A DNA stretch of 64,000 nucleotides. It comes from Bryobacterales bacterium (GTDB lineage Bacteria; Acidobacteriota; Terriglobia; Bryobacterales; UBA6623). The stretch covers positions 89,870 through 153,869 of the forward strand of contig CBDCFO010000006.1 in assembly GCA_965216215.1 (NCBI GenBank), given 5' to 3'. The translations under genes and the position numbers were made by a program. Below the pieces are notes generated by a model. That model worked only from the letters and a program-made list of their open reading frames with translations, did no database searches and was not told the DNA's origin. Below are positions 29,318-38,145 of this stretch, piece by piece. Positions within the stretch are counted from its first letter, which is position 1, and every line of letters starts with the position of its first letter.

Positions 29318-29593
29318 ATGGGACCCGTGGCAGAAGCCGTTTTCGTCTGGTTTCCGACAATTGGCGCTGCGGCCTTCGTGGTCTGGTTTGCATTGCGCTG
29401 CTATCTGGAAGGGGTTCCGCCCATGCAGATACTGATCGATCGCCGGTTTCTCATGGTTGTCGTATACACCGGAGCACTCTTGGCGATCTACCTCTCTTCA
29501 GTTTGGTTTTTCTCGATGGGGGTGCGGCGATTCGTCCCGGAGGAGCCCAACGTCACCACGAGCAGGGGACCTGTTGACGAGCGCCCCGTGTAA
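29318..29593 (+). CDS. Small membrane protein (91 aa)
   Basis: Two hydrophobic helices. Starts 10 nt after ligA. No known family. Confidence 0.5.
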   Translation: MGPVAEAVFVWFPTIGAAAFVVWFALRCYLEGVPPMQILIDRRFLMVVVYTGALLAIYLSSVWFFSMGVRRFVPEEPNVTTSRGPVDERPV

Positions 29594-29661
29594 CTTAGGG
29601 GAGCGGACTCAACTCGCTCAGACCGCGGATACGGATGTGTGATTCTGCGGCGGGCGTGCTG

Positions 29662-30306
29662 CTACTGGTACCGCCGATGGACCGCCATAAGCCGTCCTTG
29701 GATGGCGACCTGCTCAGCGGGCACGATGATGGGATCCATCGTGGCGTTGGCGGGCTGGAGCCGCACCACACTACCCTCGCGGTAGAAGCGCTTCAATGTT
29801 GTCTCCGTGCCATCCACTAGGGCCACGACGATCTCACCGTTCTGTGCTCGGTTCGTCTTTTCGATCAGCACATAGTCCCCGTCTAGGATGTGGTCATCGA
29901 CCATCGACTGCCCGCTGACTTGCAACGCGAAGACCTTGTCCGAGGTCAGCAGGGGCGCGAATGACAGGTTTTCGCTCTCCTCGAACGTCTCAAGGGGTTG
30001 CCCGGCGGCGATCGTGCCTACCAGTGGAGTCGCTAGGTCGTCGCTCCGGTGGAAGGAGACGAGCTTGCGCCGATTGTTCTGCAACTCCTCGTAGTACTTG
30101 GCCGTGATCTCCAACGCCCGGCTGCGGTTGAAGCCCCGCTTCAGGTAGCCCTTCTCTTCAAGCACCTTGAGATGTTTGTGCACGGTCGCGACGGATGCCA
30201 GGTTCATGTTCTGCGCGATTTCCTCGAAGCTCGGGCTGTAGTGGTTCTCGGCGATGAACTCGGCCAGGAACTCCAGCACCTCTTTTTGGCGTTTGGTGAG
30301 AAACAT
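29662..30306 (-). CDS. lexA: LexA repressor
   Basis: MFLTKRQKEVLEFL... wHTH, cleavage site IAAGQP, and catalytic Ser (VSGQSM) and Lys (TLKRF). Confidence 0.95.
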   Translation of the reverse strand: MFLTKRQKEVLEFLAEFIAENHYSPSFEEIAQNMNLASVATVHKHLKVLEEKGYLKRGFNRSRALEITAKYYEELQNNRRKLVSFHRSDDLATPLVGTIAAGQPLETFEESENLSFAPLLTSDKVFALQVSGQSMVDDHILDGDYVLIEKTNRAQNGEIVVALVDGTETTLKRFYREGSVVRLQPANATMDPIIVPAEQVAIQGRLMAVHRRYQ

Positions 30307-30685
30307 GGTTGCCCCTTTCTTCGCTCTTAGTTTGGCAGGTAACCCGTCAATGCACAAGTGATTTGCGAGAAACTCTTGTCAATACTTCTTCTTATCTTCT
30401 CGGAATTAGCACTCTACGGCCGCTTGTTGGATGATTCCCGGCTCAGGGTGGCGCGCCGTGTCGTTATGGGCCCGCCGTTCGGACGGCTGCTGCGCAACAG
30501 GGAAGCGGGACGGGTCAGCACCGACGACCCGCGCGTGTCCAGTGTGCCCGGCCTGCCTCAATCCCAAGGGCCTTGGTCATCTGGAGGCACCGTGGAAGAC
30601 TTGGCTGCTCCCAAGCCAAGGCGCCCGGGCGGTGCTTTGCCGGAACCTGGCAGGACGCTCGAATCCCCCGCTAGAATCGATGTGT

Positions 30686-31855
30686 ATGGACCTTGGCTTG
30701 ATCCGGGAGCAATTGCGAGCGGAGGCATTGGATGGGTGGCTCCTGTTCGACCACCATGTTCGAGATCCAATCGCTTACCGTGTGCTGGGTCTTGATGCAA
30801 GCGGGCATGTTTCACGCCGCTGGTACTACTGGATTCCGGCCAACGGCGATCCATCCAAGCTCGTCCATGCCATAGAGGATGCGAGGCTCGACAGTCTCCC
30901 GGGTGCCAAGGCGGTCTATTCGAGCTGGCAGTCTCAGCACGAGCAGTTGCGAGTGATCCTAGCCGGCGCGACTCGCGTTGCCATGCAGTACTCACCCAAC
31001 TGCATGATTCCGGCGGTGTCGCTTGTTGACGCCGGAACCATCGACCTGGTCCGCTCCCTTGGTGTCGAGGTCGTCTCGTCGGCCTCGCTCGTCCAGTACT
31101 TCGAGGCGCGCTGGTCGGCATCGCAGTGTCAATCCCATTTGGACGCCGGGAAGCGCGTGGACGGCGTGCTGCGCGAGGCCTTCCAGAGGATTCGCCGAGA
31201 TATCGATTCCGACGGCGAGAGCTCCGAGCTCGGAATCGCCCAGCTCATCGCCGGCCGGTTTCGCGAAGAGGGCATGATTGCCGAGGACGGGCCCATCGTT
31301 GCCGTCAACTCCAACAGCGGCGATCCGCACTACGCTCCGGATGCGCAACGGTCCATGCCGATCAGGCAAGGGGACTTTGTGCTGATCGACTTGTGGGCCA
31401 AACTCGATTTGCCCGGTTCGGTTTACTACGACATCACTTGGACCGGGTTTTGCGGCGACTGCCCGCCCGTCCCCATTCAGCGAGTCTTCGAGATCGTCAC
31501 AGGCGCCCGCGACCGGGCCCTAGCTGCCGTGGATAGCGCGGTGCGCCATGGCAGTGTTATTCGCGGATGGGAAGTTGACGACGTGGCACGTGGCCATATC
31601 GCCGCGGCAGGCTACGCCCAAGCCTTTGTCCACCGGACGGGCCATTCGATCGGTGAGGAAGTCCATGGGAACGGTGCAAATATTGACAACTTGGAGATGC
31701 GCGATGATCGGCCCATCATCGCCTCGACCTGCTTCTCCATCGAACCCGGAATTTACCTGCCGGAGTTCGGTGTGCGATCTGAGCTGGATTGCTATGTAGA
31801 CGCTCAAGGAGCGAAGGCAACCGGGGCGGTCCAGACCGAAATCGTGAGAATCTGA
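30686..31855 (+). CDS. M24-family Xaa-Pro aminopeptidase
   Basis: Creatinase-like N-domain plus the pita-bread fold metal ligands (VLIDLWA..., HRTGHSIG, FSIEPG). The start is ATG 30686 or 30680. The upstream part of the track ORF is not credible. Confidence 0.85.
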   Translation: MDLGLIREQLRAEALDGWLLFDHHVRDPIAYRVLGLDASGHVSRRWYYWIPANGDPSKLVHAIEDARLDSLPGAKAVYSSWQSQHEQLRVILAGATRVAMQYSPNCMIPAVSLVDAGTIDLVRSLGVEVVSSASLVQYFEARWSASQCQSHLDAGKRVDGVLREAFQRIRRDIDSDGESSELGIAQLIAGRFREEGMIAEDGPIVAVNSNSGDPHYAPDAQRSMPIRQGDFVLIDLWAKLDLPGSVYYDITWTGFCGDCPPVPIQRVFEIVTGARDRALAAVDSAVRHGSVIRGWEVDDVARGHIAAAGYAQAFVHRTGHSIGEEVHGNGANIDNLEMRDDRPIIASTCFSIEPGIYLPEFGVRSELDCYVDAQGAKATGAVQTEIVRI

Positions 31856-31867
31856 TTCTCGTCGAGG

Positions 31868-33031
31868 CTATTCTGCGCCGGTGCTCACCCAGTTTCCGCT
31901 TCCGCCAGACTCAATCACCGCGTCGCAAACCCTTTGCGTTTGCAAGGCGCAGGCGAAATCGGGCTGAGTGAGTTCGCCCGACTCGACTCCGGCAACAAAA
32001 TCGGCGAGGGCGTTAAGGAACGTATGCTCGTAGCCGATGCATGTTCCCGGCACCCAGTACTTGTCCATGTACGGGTGTTCCGAATTCGTCACATGGATCT
32101 TACGCCACCCCGTCAAATGGTCTTCGACTTTCTTGCCGGATTGCATCTGCGCGTATTCGAAGAAGTGCAGGTACTCGGGGGCCTCCAGGTCAAAGAACAC
32201 GGAGCCGTCGGCCCCGTTCAACTCGAACGTGTTGTAGTTCTTCCTCCCGCGGGCGTACCGGCTGGACTCGAACGTCCCCATGGACCCGTTGGCGAATTCA
32301 GCTAGGAACATGCAGGCGTCATCGATGCCGACCGGCTGAACTTGGCCCGTGTCGGCATGCAGCCGCTCGGTCACGAAGGTTCTCGTGCTGGCGACCACTC
32401 GCTCGATGGGGCCATTGAGCCACATCGCGGTGTCGATGGAGTGCGCCAGCAGGTCGCCTGTCACTCCGGAGCCTGCAACGTCAATGTCGAGCCGCCAAGT
32501 CCCGGGTCCGCCTTGAGGCACGTCCTCCGCAATCGTCCAGTCCTGAAGGTAGGTCGCCCGGTAGTGGAACGCCTTGCCAATCCTCCCTTCGTCGATGATC
32601 TGCTTTGCCAGCGCGATCGACGGCACACGGCGGTAGTTGTACCAGACCATGTTCGGCACGCCGGCCTTTTCGACTGCTTCGAGCATCGCTTCGGCTTCAG
32701 CGACGTTCATCGCCAACGGTTTTTCGCAGCAAATCATCTTGCCCGCCTCGGCAGCGGCCAGGACGATGTCAAGGTGCATGTGGTTCGGGGCGCAAACGTC
32801 GATCAAGTCAACGTCGTCGGCCGTGGCTACTCGGCGCCAGTCGGTTTCGACGCGTTCGTATCCCCAGTTGTCGGCAAATGCCTGGGCCTTTTTTCGGTTC
32901 CGGGCGGCTACGGCCTTCAGGACGGGGCGGTGCTCAACGGGAAAGAAGTCGTTGAGGCGCTTGTACGCGTTCGAATGAGCGCGGCCCATAAAGCCGTAGC
33001 CGATCATTCCAATTCGGAGTTCTTTGGCCAT
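31868..33031 (-). CDS. Gfo/Idh/MocA-family oxidoreductase
   Basis: IGMIGYGFMGRAHSNAY Rossmann motif, EKPLA motif and a typical C-terminal domain. Confidence 0.9.
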   Translation of the reverse strand: MAKELRIGMIGYGFMGRAHSNAYKRLNDFFPVEHRPVLKAVAARNRKKAQAFADNWGYERVETDWRRVATADDVDLIDVCAPNHMHLDIVLAAAEAGKMICCEKPLAMNVAEAEAMLEAVEKAGVPNMVWYNYRRVPSIALAKQIIDEGRIGKAFHYRATYLQDWTIAEDVPQGGPGTWRLDIDVAGSGVTGDLLAHSIDTAMWLNGPIERVVASTRTFVTERLHADTGQVQPVGIDDACMFLAEFANGSMGTFESSRYARGRKNYNTFELNGADGSVFFDLEAPEYLHFFEYAQMQSGKKVEDHLTGWRKIHVTNSEHPYMDKYWVPGTCIGYEHTFLNALADFVAGVESGELTQPDFACALQTQRVCDAVIESGGSGNWVSTGAE

Positions 33032-33142
33032 GATGTGGGTTTCCTTCGATTCACGTAGCCTACCTGCGGGGCGAACCGAGCGTCAACCGGACCGCTCGCC
33101 ACGCCGCCTGTAGCCACTCTAGGGATTCTGGCACACTGAGAT

Positions 33143-33964
33143 TTGCCGTCCTGCACGCTTGAGACCTTGAACCCGGAAGCCGATGCCGCTTCGGCTCGTG
33201 TCGTCTTGTTCGACTTTGACGGAACGTTGTCGCTGATCCGGGCCGGGTGGTTCGAGGTGATGGTGCCGATGATGGTCGAGGGGCTTGCTTCCCTTGGCAC
33301 GGGTGAGTCCGAGGCGGACTTGACCGCGATCGTCGAGGAGTACGTGGGGAGATTGACGGGCCGCCAAACGATCTACCAGATGATCGAGTACGCCGATCAG
33401 CTCCGTCAAAGGGGTGGCAGCCCGAAGGACCCCATCGAGTACAAGCACGCGTACTTGGACCTGCTCATGGAGAAGATTCGGCATCGCAGGGACGCGCTGC
33501 GGGCGGGGAGCGTGGACCCTGACGAAATGATGGTGCCCGGTAGCCGGCGCCTGCTTGACGGACTCAGGGACCGCGGCTTGATGTTGTACCTTGCCAGCGG
33601 GACGGATCAGCCGTTCATGCGGGAGGAGGCCCAGTTGCTGGGGATCGATTCCTACTTTCAAGGCGGCATGTTCGGTGCGCTTGATGACTACGAGAACTTC
33701 TCCAAGAAAATCCTTGTCGAGCGTATCATTCGAGAGAGCGACTACGAGGGTGGTGAATTCCTCGGATTTGGCGATGGCTATGTTGAGATCGAGGCGGTCA
33801 AGACGGTTGGCGGCCGCGCAGTGGGGGCAGCGACCGACGAACCGGACTGCGTCGAGACAGATCCCGTCAAGCGCGCCCGCCTTGTCGCGGTCGGGGCCGA
33901 TTGGATCGTGCCTAATTTCAACGCCCACAATGAACTGATGGCGGCGCTGTTTCCGCAAGCCTGA
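33143..33964 (+). CDS. HAD-superfamily hydrolase/phosphatase
   Basis: Motif I VVLFDFDGTL, plus ASGT and GDGYVE motifs. TTG start as given in the track. Confidence 0.8.
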   Translation: MPSCTLETLNPEADAASARVVLFDFDGTLSLIRAGWFEVMVPMMVEGLASLGTGESEADLTAIVEEYVGRLTGRQTIYQMIEYADQLRQRGGSPKDPIEYKHAYLDLLMEKIRHRRDALRAGSVDPDEMMVPGSRRLLDGLRDRGLMLYLASGTDQPFMREEAQLLGIDSYFQGGMFGALDDYENFSKKILVERIIRESDYEGGEFLGFGDGYVEIEAVKTVGGRAVGAATDEPDCVETDPVKRARLVAVGADWIVPNFNAHNELMAALFPQA

Positions 33965-33996
33965 CTGCTTGGTGCCAAAACGAGCCGACTAGAGAA

Positions 33997-34992
33997 GTGC
34001 GACCAGTGAAATCGAAATATCCCATCTTCGACCGATCCCAACTATCCGTCCGCCCCTTGGCAGAGCGCGACCACGACATGGATCTGGGCTATCTGCTGCC
34101 ACTGGATCAGCCAGTCGGGGAGGATGCCGAACACTTGCGGCAATCGCTGGAGTTGGTTGCATCGAAGCTCGACGCCAGCGGAACGAGCGCCCGGATTCTG
34201 ATGATGGGGGCGCATGTCATCAAGGCGGGAGTATCCCGGCACGTGATCGACTTGCTGCGACGGGGCGTGTTCACGCATGTGGCCATGAACGGAGCGGGTG
34301 GTATCCACGACTTCGAGCTGGCTCGAATCGGTGCGACCACCGAGAGCGTTGCCCGGTACATCCGTACGGGGGAGTTCGGCTTATGGGACGACACCGGCAT
34401 CCTCAATGACTGGGCAGTCGACGCGGCGCACCAAGGCCTTGGTTTAGGAGAGAACTTCGGACGCAGGATCTCCGAGGAGCGCTTTCCGCACCGAGACGTC
34501 AGCATTCTGGCGAACGCTTACGAGCTTGATATCCCGGTGACCCTGCATGTGGGTATCGGGTACGACATCACGCACGAGCATCCCAACTGCAACGGTGCTG
34601 CTTACGGCGAGGCGAGCTATCGAGACTTCCTGATATACACCAAGGCAGTCGAAGGATTGGAAGCCGGCGTCATGGTGAGTCTCGGCTCCGCAATCATGGG
34701 TCCGGAAGTCTATCTCAAGGCCCTGTCGATGGCCCGCAACATCGCGCATCAAGAAGGGCGTCGGATCGCCAGTTTCATGACCGCTGTATTCGATTTGGTG
34801 CCGATCCAAGGCGACGTTCACCACGAACTGCCCAAGTCGGATCCGGGATATTACTTTCGGCCGCACAAGACCATCCTTGTTCGCACAGTTGCCGATGGCG
34901 GCGAGAGCCTCTATGTCTGCGGTGACCACCGGGTGACCGTTCCGGCCCTGCGGCGGGCCGTGTTGGAGCGAGTGCCGCAGCCCGCCGGATGA
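33997..34992 (+). CDS. Deoxyhypusine-synthase-family protein
   Basis: ILMMGAHVIKAGVSRHVIDLLRRGVFTHVAMNGAGGIHDFELA and later HVGIGYDITHEHP resemble the bacterial DHS-like family. This is a recollection-based match. Confidence 0.6.
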   Translation: MRPVKSKYPIFDRSQLSVRPLAERDHDMDLGYLLPLDQPVGEDAEHLRQSLELVASKLDASGTSARILMMGAHVIKAGVSRHVIDLLRRGVFTHVAMNGAGGIHDFELARIGATTESVARYIRTGEFGLWDDTGILNDWAVDAAHQGLGLGENFGRRISEERFPHRDVSILANAYELDIPVTLHVGIGYDITHEHPNCNGAAYGEASYRDFLIYTKAVEGLEAGVMVSLGSAIMGPEVYLKALSMARNIAHQEGRRIASFMTAVFDLVPIQGDVHHELPKSDPGYYFRPHKTILVRTVADGGESLYVCGDHRVTVPALRRAVLERVPQPAG

Positions 34993-35984
34993 CTTGCGCC
35001 GAAGTGCTTTCGGGCGCTGGTCATGCCCGGGTGCTTGTCGTCGGAGACATTTGCCTCGATCGCTGGTGCCGCTACGATCCGTCTCTGTCAGAGGCGTCCC
35101 GCGAGACCGGGATACCCCGCTGTGCCGTAACGTCAACTACGGTCAGCCCGGGAGCCGGAGGGACTGTCGCGGTGAACCTAGCGGCACTGGGCGCGAAGAG
35201 AGTGAGCGTGCTAGGCGTCATCGGGAGGGACGGCTTCGGCCACGAATTGCGATCTGCGCTGTCAGCTCGCGGTATAGAGACCGACCTGCTGATCGAAACC
35301 GAGGCTGTTCGGACATTCACCTACACCAAGCTCGTCAACGCGGAGACAGGCGTCGAGGACTTGCCGAGAATCGACTTTGTCAACACCGGCCCGTTGGAGG
35401 CGGCCGTCCAAGAGGAGGTTTCAACACGCTTCCGTCGGTCCATTGCCGCGTTCGACGCAGTGGTGGTTGCCGACCAAGCCGAGACCGAGCACGGTGGCGT
35501 TGTAACTCCGAACATCCGCAATGCGCTTTCCGAGGCGGCGCGGACCGACCGCAGCAAGGTCTTCGTTGCCGACTCCCGGAAGCGGGTCCAGCACTTCAGG
35601 CACATGATCGCGACTCCGAACAAGTCCGAAGCGGACGAGGCGTGCCGCCAGGAGTTCGGCTCGGTCGACTACCGGCAACTGCACCGAATGATTGCCGGGA
35701 CCGCTCTAGTGGTGACCATGGGACAGGAGGGTGCCTGGTTGGTGGACGATGATGCGCCGCGCCTGATCGGATCGTGTCCTGGGGCGGAGCCGGTTGACCC
35801 GTGCGGAGCCGGAGACAGTCTCTCAGCTGGCTTGGCACTAGCTGTCGCTGTCGGTGCCGATGTCGAATTCGCGCTGCGGTTTGGGATAATCGTGGCGGGC
35901 GTCACGGTCGGGAAACCCGGCACAGGAGCTGCGACTCCAAGCGAAGTGCTGGCAATGGCCGAATCCATGGAGACGAGAGGCTAG
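34989..35984 (+). CDS. PfkB-family sugar kinase (HldE/RfaE domain-I-like)
   Basis: VLVVGDICLDRWCRY...SPGAGGTVAVNLAALGA...DPCGAGDSLSAG. The start overlaps the upstream stop (ATGA). Confidence 0.8.
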   Translation: MTCAEVLSGAGHARVLVVGDICLDRWCRYDPSLSEASRETGIPRCAVTSTTVSPGAGGTVAVNLAALGAKRVSVLGVIGRDGFGHELRSALSARGIETDLLIETEAVRTFTYTKLVNAETGVEDLPRIDFVNTGPLEAAVQEEVSTRFRRSIAAFDAVVVADQAETEHGGVVTPNIRNALSEAARTDRSKVFVADSRKRVQHFRHMIATPNKSEADEACRQEFGSVDYRQLHRMIAGTALVVTMGQEGAWLVDDDAPRLIGSCPGAEPVDPCGAGDSLSAGLALAVAVGADVEFALRFGIIVAGVTVGKPGTGAATPSEVLAMAESMETRG

Positions 35985-35987
35985 AGC

Positions 35988-36545
35988 TTGACGTTTGCGA
36001 GCGACTACAAACAGCGATTGCTGACTGCTTTGGATACGATCGACATGGATCGTGTCGAGGCTCTCATCGATATCTTAAGAGCAGCGCGAGACGAGGGCCG
36101 CCAAATCTTTGTCTTCGGCAACGGCGGCAGTGCCGCAACGGCAAATCACTTTGCCTGTGACATTGTCAAGGGTGCCAGCTATGGGAGAGACAAGCGCTTT
36201 AGAATCCTGTCCCTCAGCGAGCAGATCCCGACGCTGACAGCGTACTCGAACGACGTTGGCTATGAGGCGGTCTTCGTGGAGCCGCTCAAGAATTTCGCTC
36301 GGGCCGGCGATGTCGTGATGGCCATCAGCGGCAGTGGCAACTCGGAGAATGTCGTGCGGGCGATCGACTATGCCAATTCGATCGACTGCTATACCGTCGG
36401 GCTTAGCGGCATGACTGGCGGGCGCTTGCGCCCCAGCGTGGACCTAAGCGTTCACGTTCCCGAGGGGCACATGGGTCGAGTAGAGGATGCTCATTTCTTC
36501 GTGTGCCATATGGTTTGCTACCACTTCATGGACACGGAGCAGTAG
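35988..36545 (+). CDS. SIS-domain phosphoheptose-isomerase-like protein (GmhA-like)
   Basis: IFVFGNGGSAATANHFACDIVK...MAISGSGNSENV. TTG start as given in the track. Confidence 0.8.
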   Translation: MTFASDYKQRLLTALDTIDMDRVEALIDILRAARDEGRQIFVFGNGGSAATANHFACDIVKGASYGRDKRFRILSLSEQIPTLTAYSNDVGYEAVFVEPLKNFARAGDVVMAISGSGNSENVVRAIDYANSIDCYTVGLSGMTGGRLRPSVDLSVHVPEGHMGRVEDAHFFVCHMVCYHFMDTEQ

Positions 36546-36654
36546 TCCTGAGTTCCCGACCCGAGCCATCCAGGGGCCAAAACCGATTAGCTTGGGCAAT
36601 TGGTGCCCGCCAGTAGCCGCTTCAGCTCTCGAGACGGGCCTTGCGGTAGGTCTT

Positions 36655-37476
36655 CTATAGCGGGAACCGCCCGAGTCGCGGCAACCCCCCGCCATTTCTT
36701 CTGTCGTTTCGGTCGCGGTCAGGGCCTTGCCCGTAGTTGCCGCCCGGGCGCGCAGCAGGATTTAACCCCTGGAGTTCGTCTTCCGTGAAATGCAAATCCT
36801 GTTCCAAGAGCATTTCGAGATGGGTGCCCCGATCCAGCACGGCGTCGGGCCCCCGGGTCAGGAGCACAGAGGTAATGCCTGCTGCCGCTCCAGCGGCCGC
36901 CCCAATGCCCAGCCCTGCGCCTGTTCGTCCAGTCACCGCACCCGCGAGGGTGCCGATCGATGCGCCGGCCGAGGTCGTTCTTGCGACATTCCCGGCATCT
37001 TCGCCCTTCGTGCCCTCGGACTTGACAGTGCCGACTTCGCGGTCGAAGTCGCCCGGCGAACGCCCGTCGAGGATTCCCGGTCGTCCAAGGAGACTGCGGA
37101 TCACACCGTTTGGCAGGATCAGCTGCTCAAGGCGCACATCCAGCACGCCGCGCCCTTTCACGCGACCGGGGCGCTTGGAGCGAACTACCGTGCCAGAAAC
37201 GTGGGTACCGGCCGGGATCAAGACGCGTTCGCCGATCACTACAGGGTAGACGCTCATCAGATAGACCGGATCGCCAGTCTGAGACTGCTTGGAACTAACG
37301 CTGTTAACCATCACAAGAGGCACATTCGTTCCGGCAGGGACCACCAGGGTGCCCTCAGTGGAGGCCGCGTCGGCGGGAGAATCGGCCTGAGTGGCGGAGG
37401 TGTCGTCAGCGTCCGCCGAGAAGGCCGTGCTTGCAAGGAGCGCAGCCGCTGCAGCGACTAGCAAGATGCGTTTCAT
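36655..37476 (-). CDS. Secreted protein with a TrbI/VirB10-like beta-barrel segment and Gly-zipper tail (tentative)
   Basis: Signal peptide MKRILLVAAAAALLAS. VVPAGTNVPLVMVNSVSS...VLIPAGTHVSGTVV...LILPNGV parallels the VirB10 barrel pattern. Then GAGLGIGAAAGAAAG. Confidence 0.6.
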   Translation of the reverse strand: MKRILLVAAAAALLASTAFSADADDTSATQADSPADAASTEGTLVVPAGTNVPLVMVNSVSSKQSQTGDPVYLMSVYPVVIGERVLIPAGTHVSGTVVRSKRPGRVKGRGVLDVRLEQLILPNGVIRSLLGRPGILDGRSPGDFDREVGTVKSEGTKGEDAGNVARTTSAGASIGTLAGAVTGRTGAGLGIGAAAGAAAGITSVLLTRGPDAVLDRGTHLEMLLEQDLHFTEDELQGLNPAARPGGNYGQGPDRDRNDRRNGGGLPRLGRFPL

Positions 37477-37786
37477 TTCGTCTCCTTCGAACAATCCGTC
37501 TCCAATCGGCCCATTTAGCTACCGTTGCAAGCGGAATGCTTAATCAGTGTAACGGCTGGAACGGCAGTTCGGTTTCAGCAGAGCTTGCCTGACCATTGCT
37601 TGGCATCGGGCCAGGTCGGGCACCTGTCTCGCGCATTTTGCCCGGACCCAACCTGCGGGCCCCCGTCCGTGGTCAAGCAAGTAGAGTCGATTCCAAAAGT
37701 AATCCAACTGGTAGAATGAGTTTGGTCAATTGTTGAGCTGTCGCGGTGCGCACCACTCCCGCGCTTCCAGCTAGCCGTTGAGCTTT

Positions 37787-38122
37787 ATGCCCCTTTACGA
37801 ATACGAGTGCTCCAAGTGTGGGGGCCGCTTCGAGCTCATCCAAAAATTCTCGGATGATCCCGTACGAGTCCATAGCGAGGGAGCCAATTCGCCTTGCGAC
37901 GGATCCGTCCGCAAGCTGCTGGCTGCTCCCGCATTTCAGTTCAAGGGCTCCGGTTGGTATGTCACAGACTATGGGAAGGGTGGCAAGAAGCCACCCACCG
38001 AGAGCGGTGAGTCGGGCGAAAAGAAACCCTCGAAGGCCTCGGGTACCGCTGCCGAGTCCAGCTCTTCGCAGCCAAGCGAGAAGGCGTCGAACTCGAGCAA
38101 GGGCTCTTCCGGCTCCTCCTGA
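37787..38122 (+). CDS. FmdB-family zinc-ribbon protein with Ser/Lys-rich tail
   Basis: MPLYEYECSKCGGRFE...C is the CxxC_CxxC_SSSS signature. Confidence 0.85.
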   Translation: MPLYEYECSKCGGRFELIQKFSDDPVRVHSEGANSPCDGSVRKLLAAPAFQFKGSGWYVTDYGKGGKKPPTESGESGEKKPSKASGTAAESSSSQPSEKASNSSKGSSGSS

Positions 38123-38145
38123 CTAACAGGGCAGGCTGCTCAGTG

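Noticed and set aside
30307-30430. SOS box upstream of lexA
   Set aside because: I found only weak features: two TTGAC(A/G) hexamers and an ACAAG-N16-CTTGT repeat. None matches a LexA consensus I know (CTGT-N8-ACAG, GAAC-N4-GTTC, GTTC-N7-GTTC), so I make no call.
37500-37786. Possible ncRNA in the 280-bp gap upstream of the FmdB-like gene
   Set aside because: Only a plausible extended -10 (TGGTAGAAT near 37720) was seen, with no convincing conserved structure. It is most simply a promoter region.
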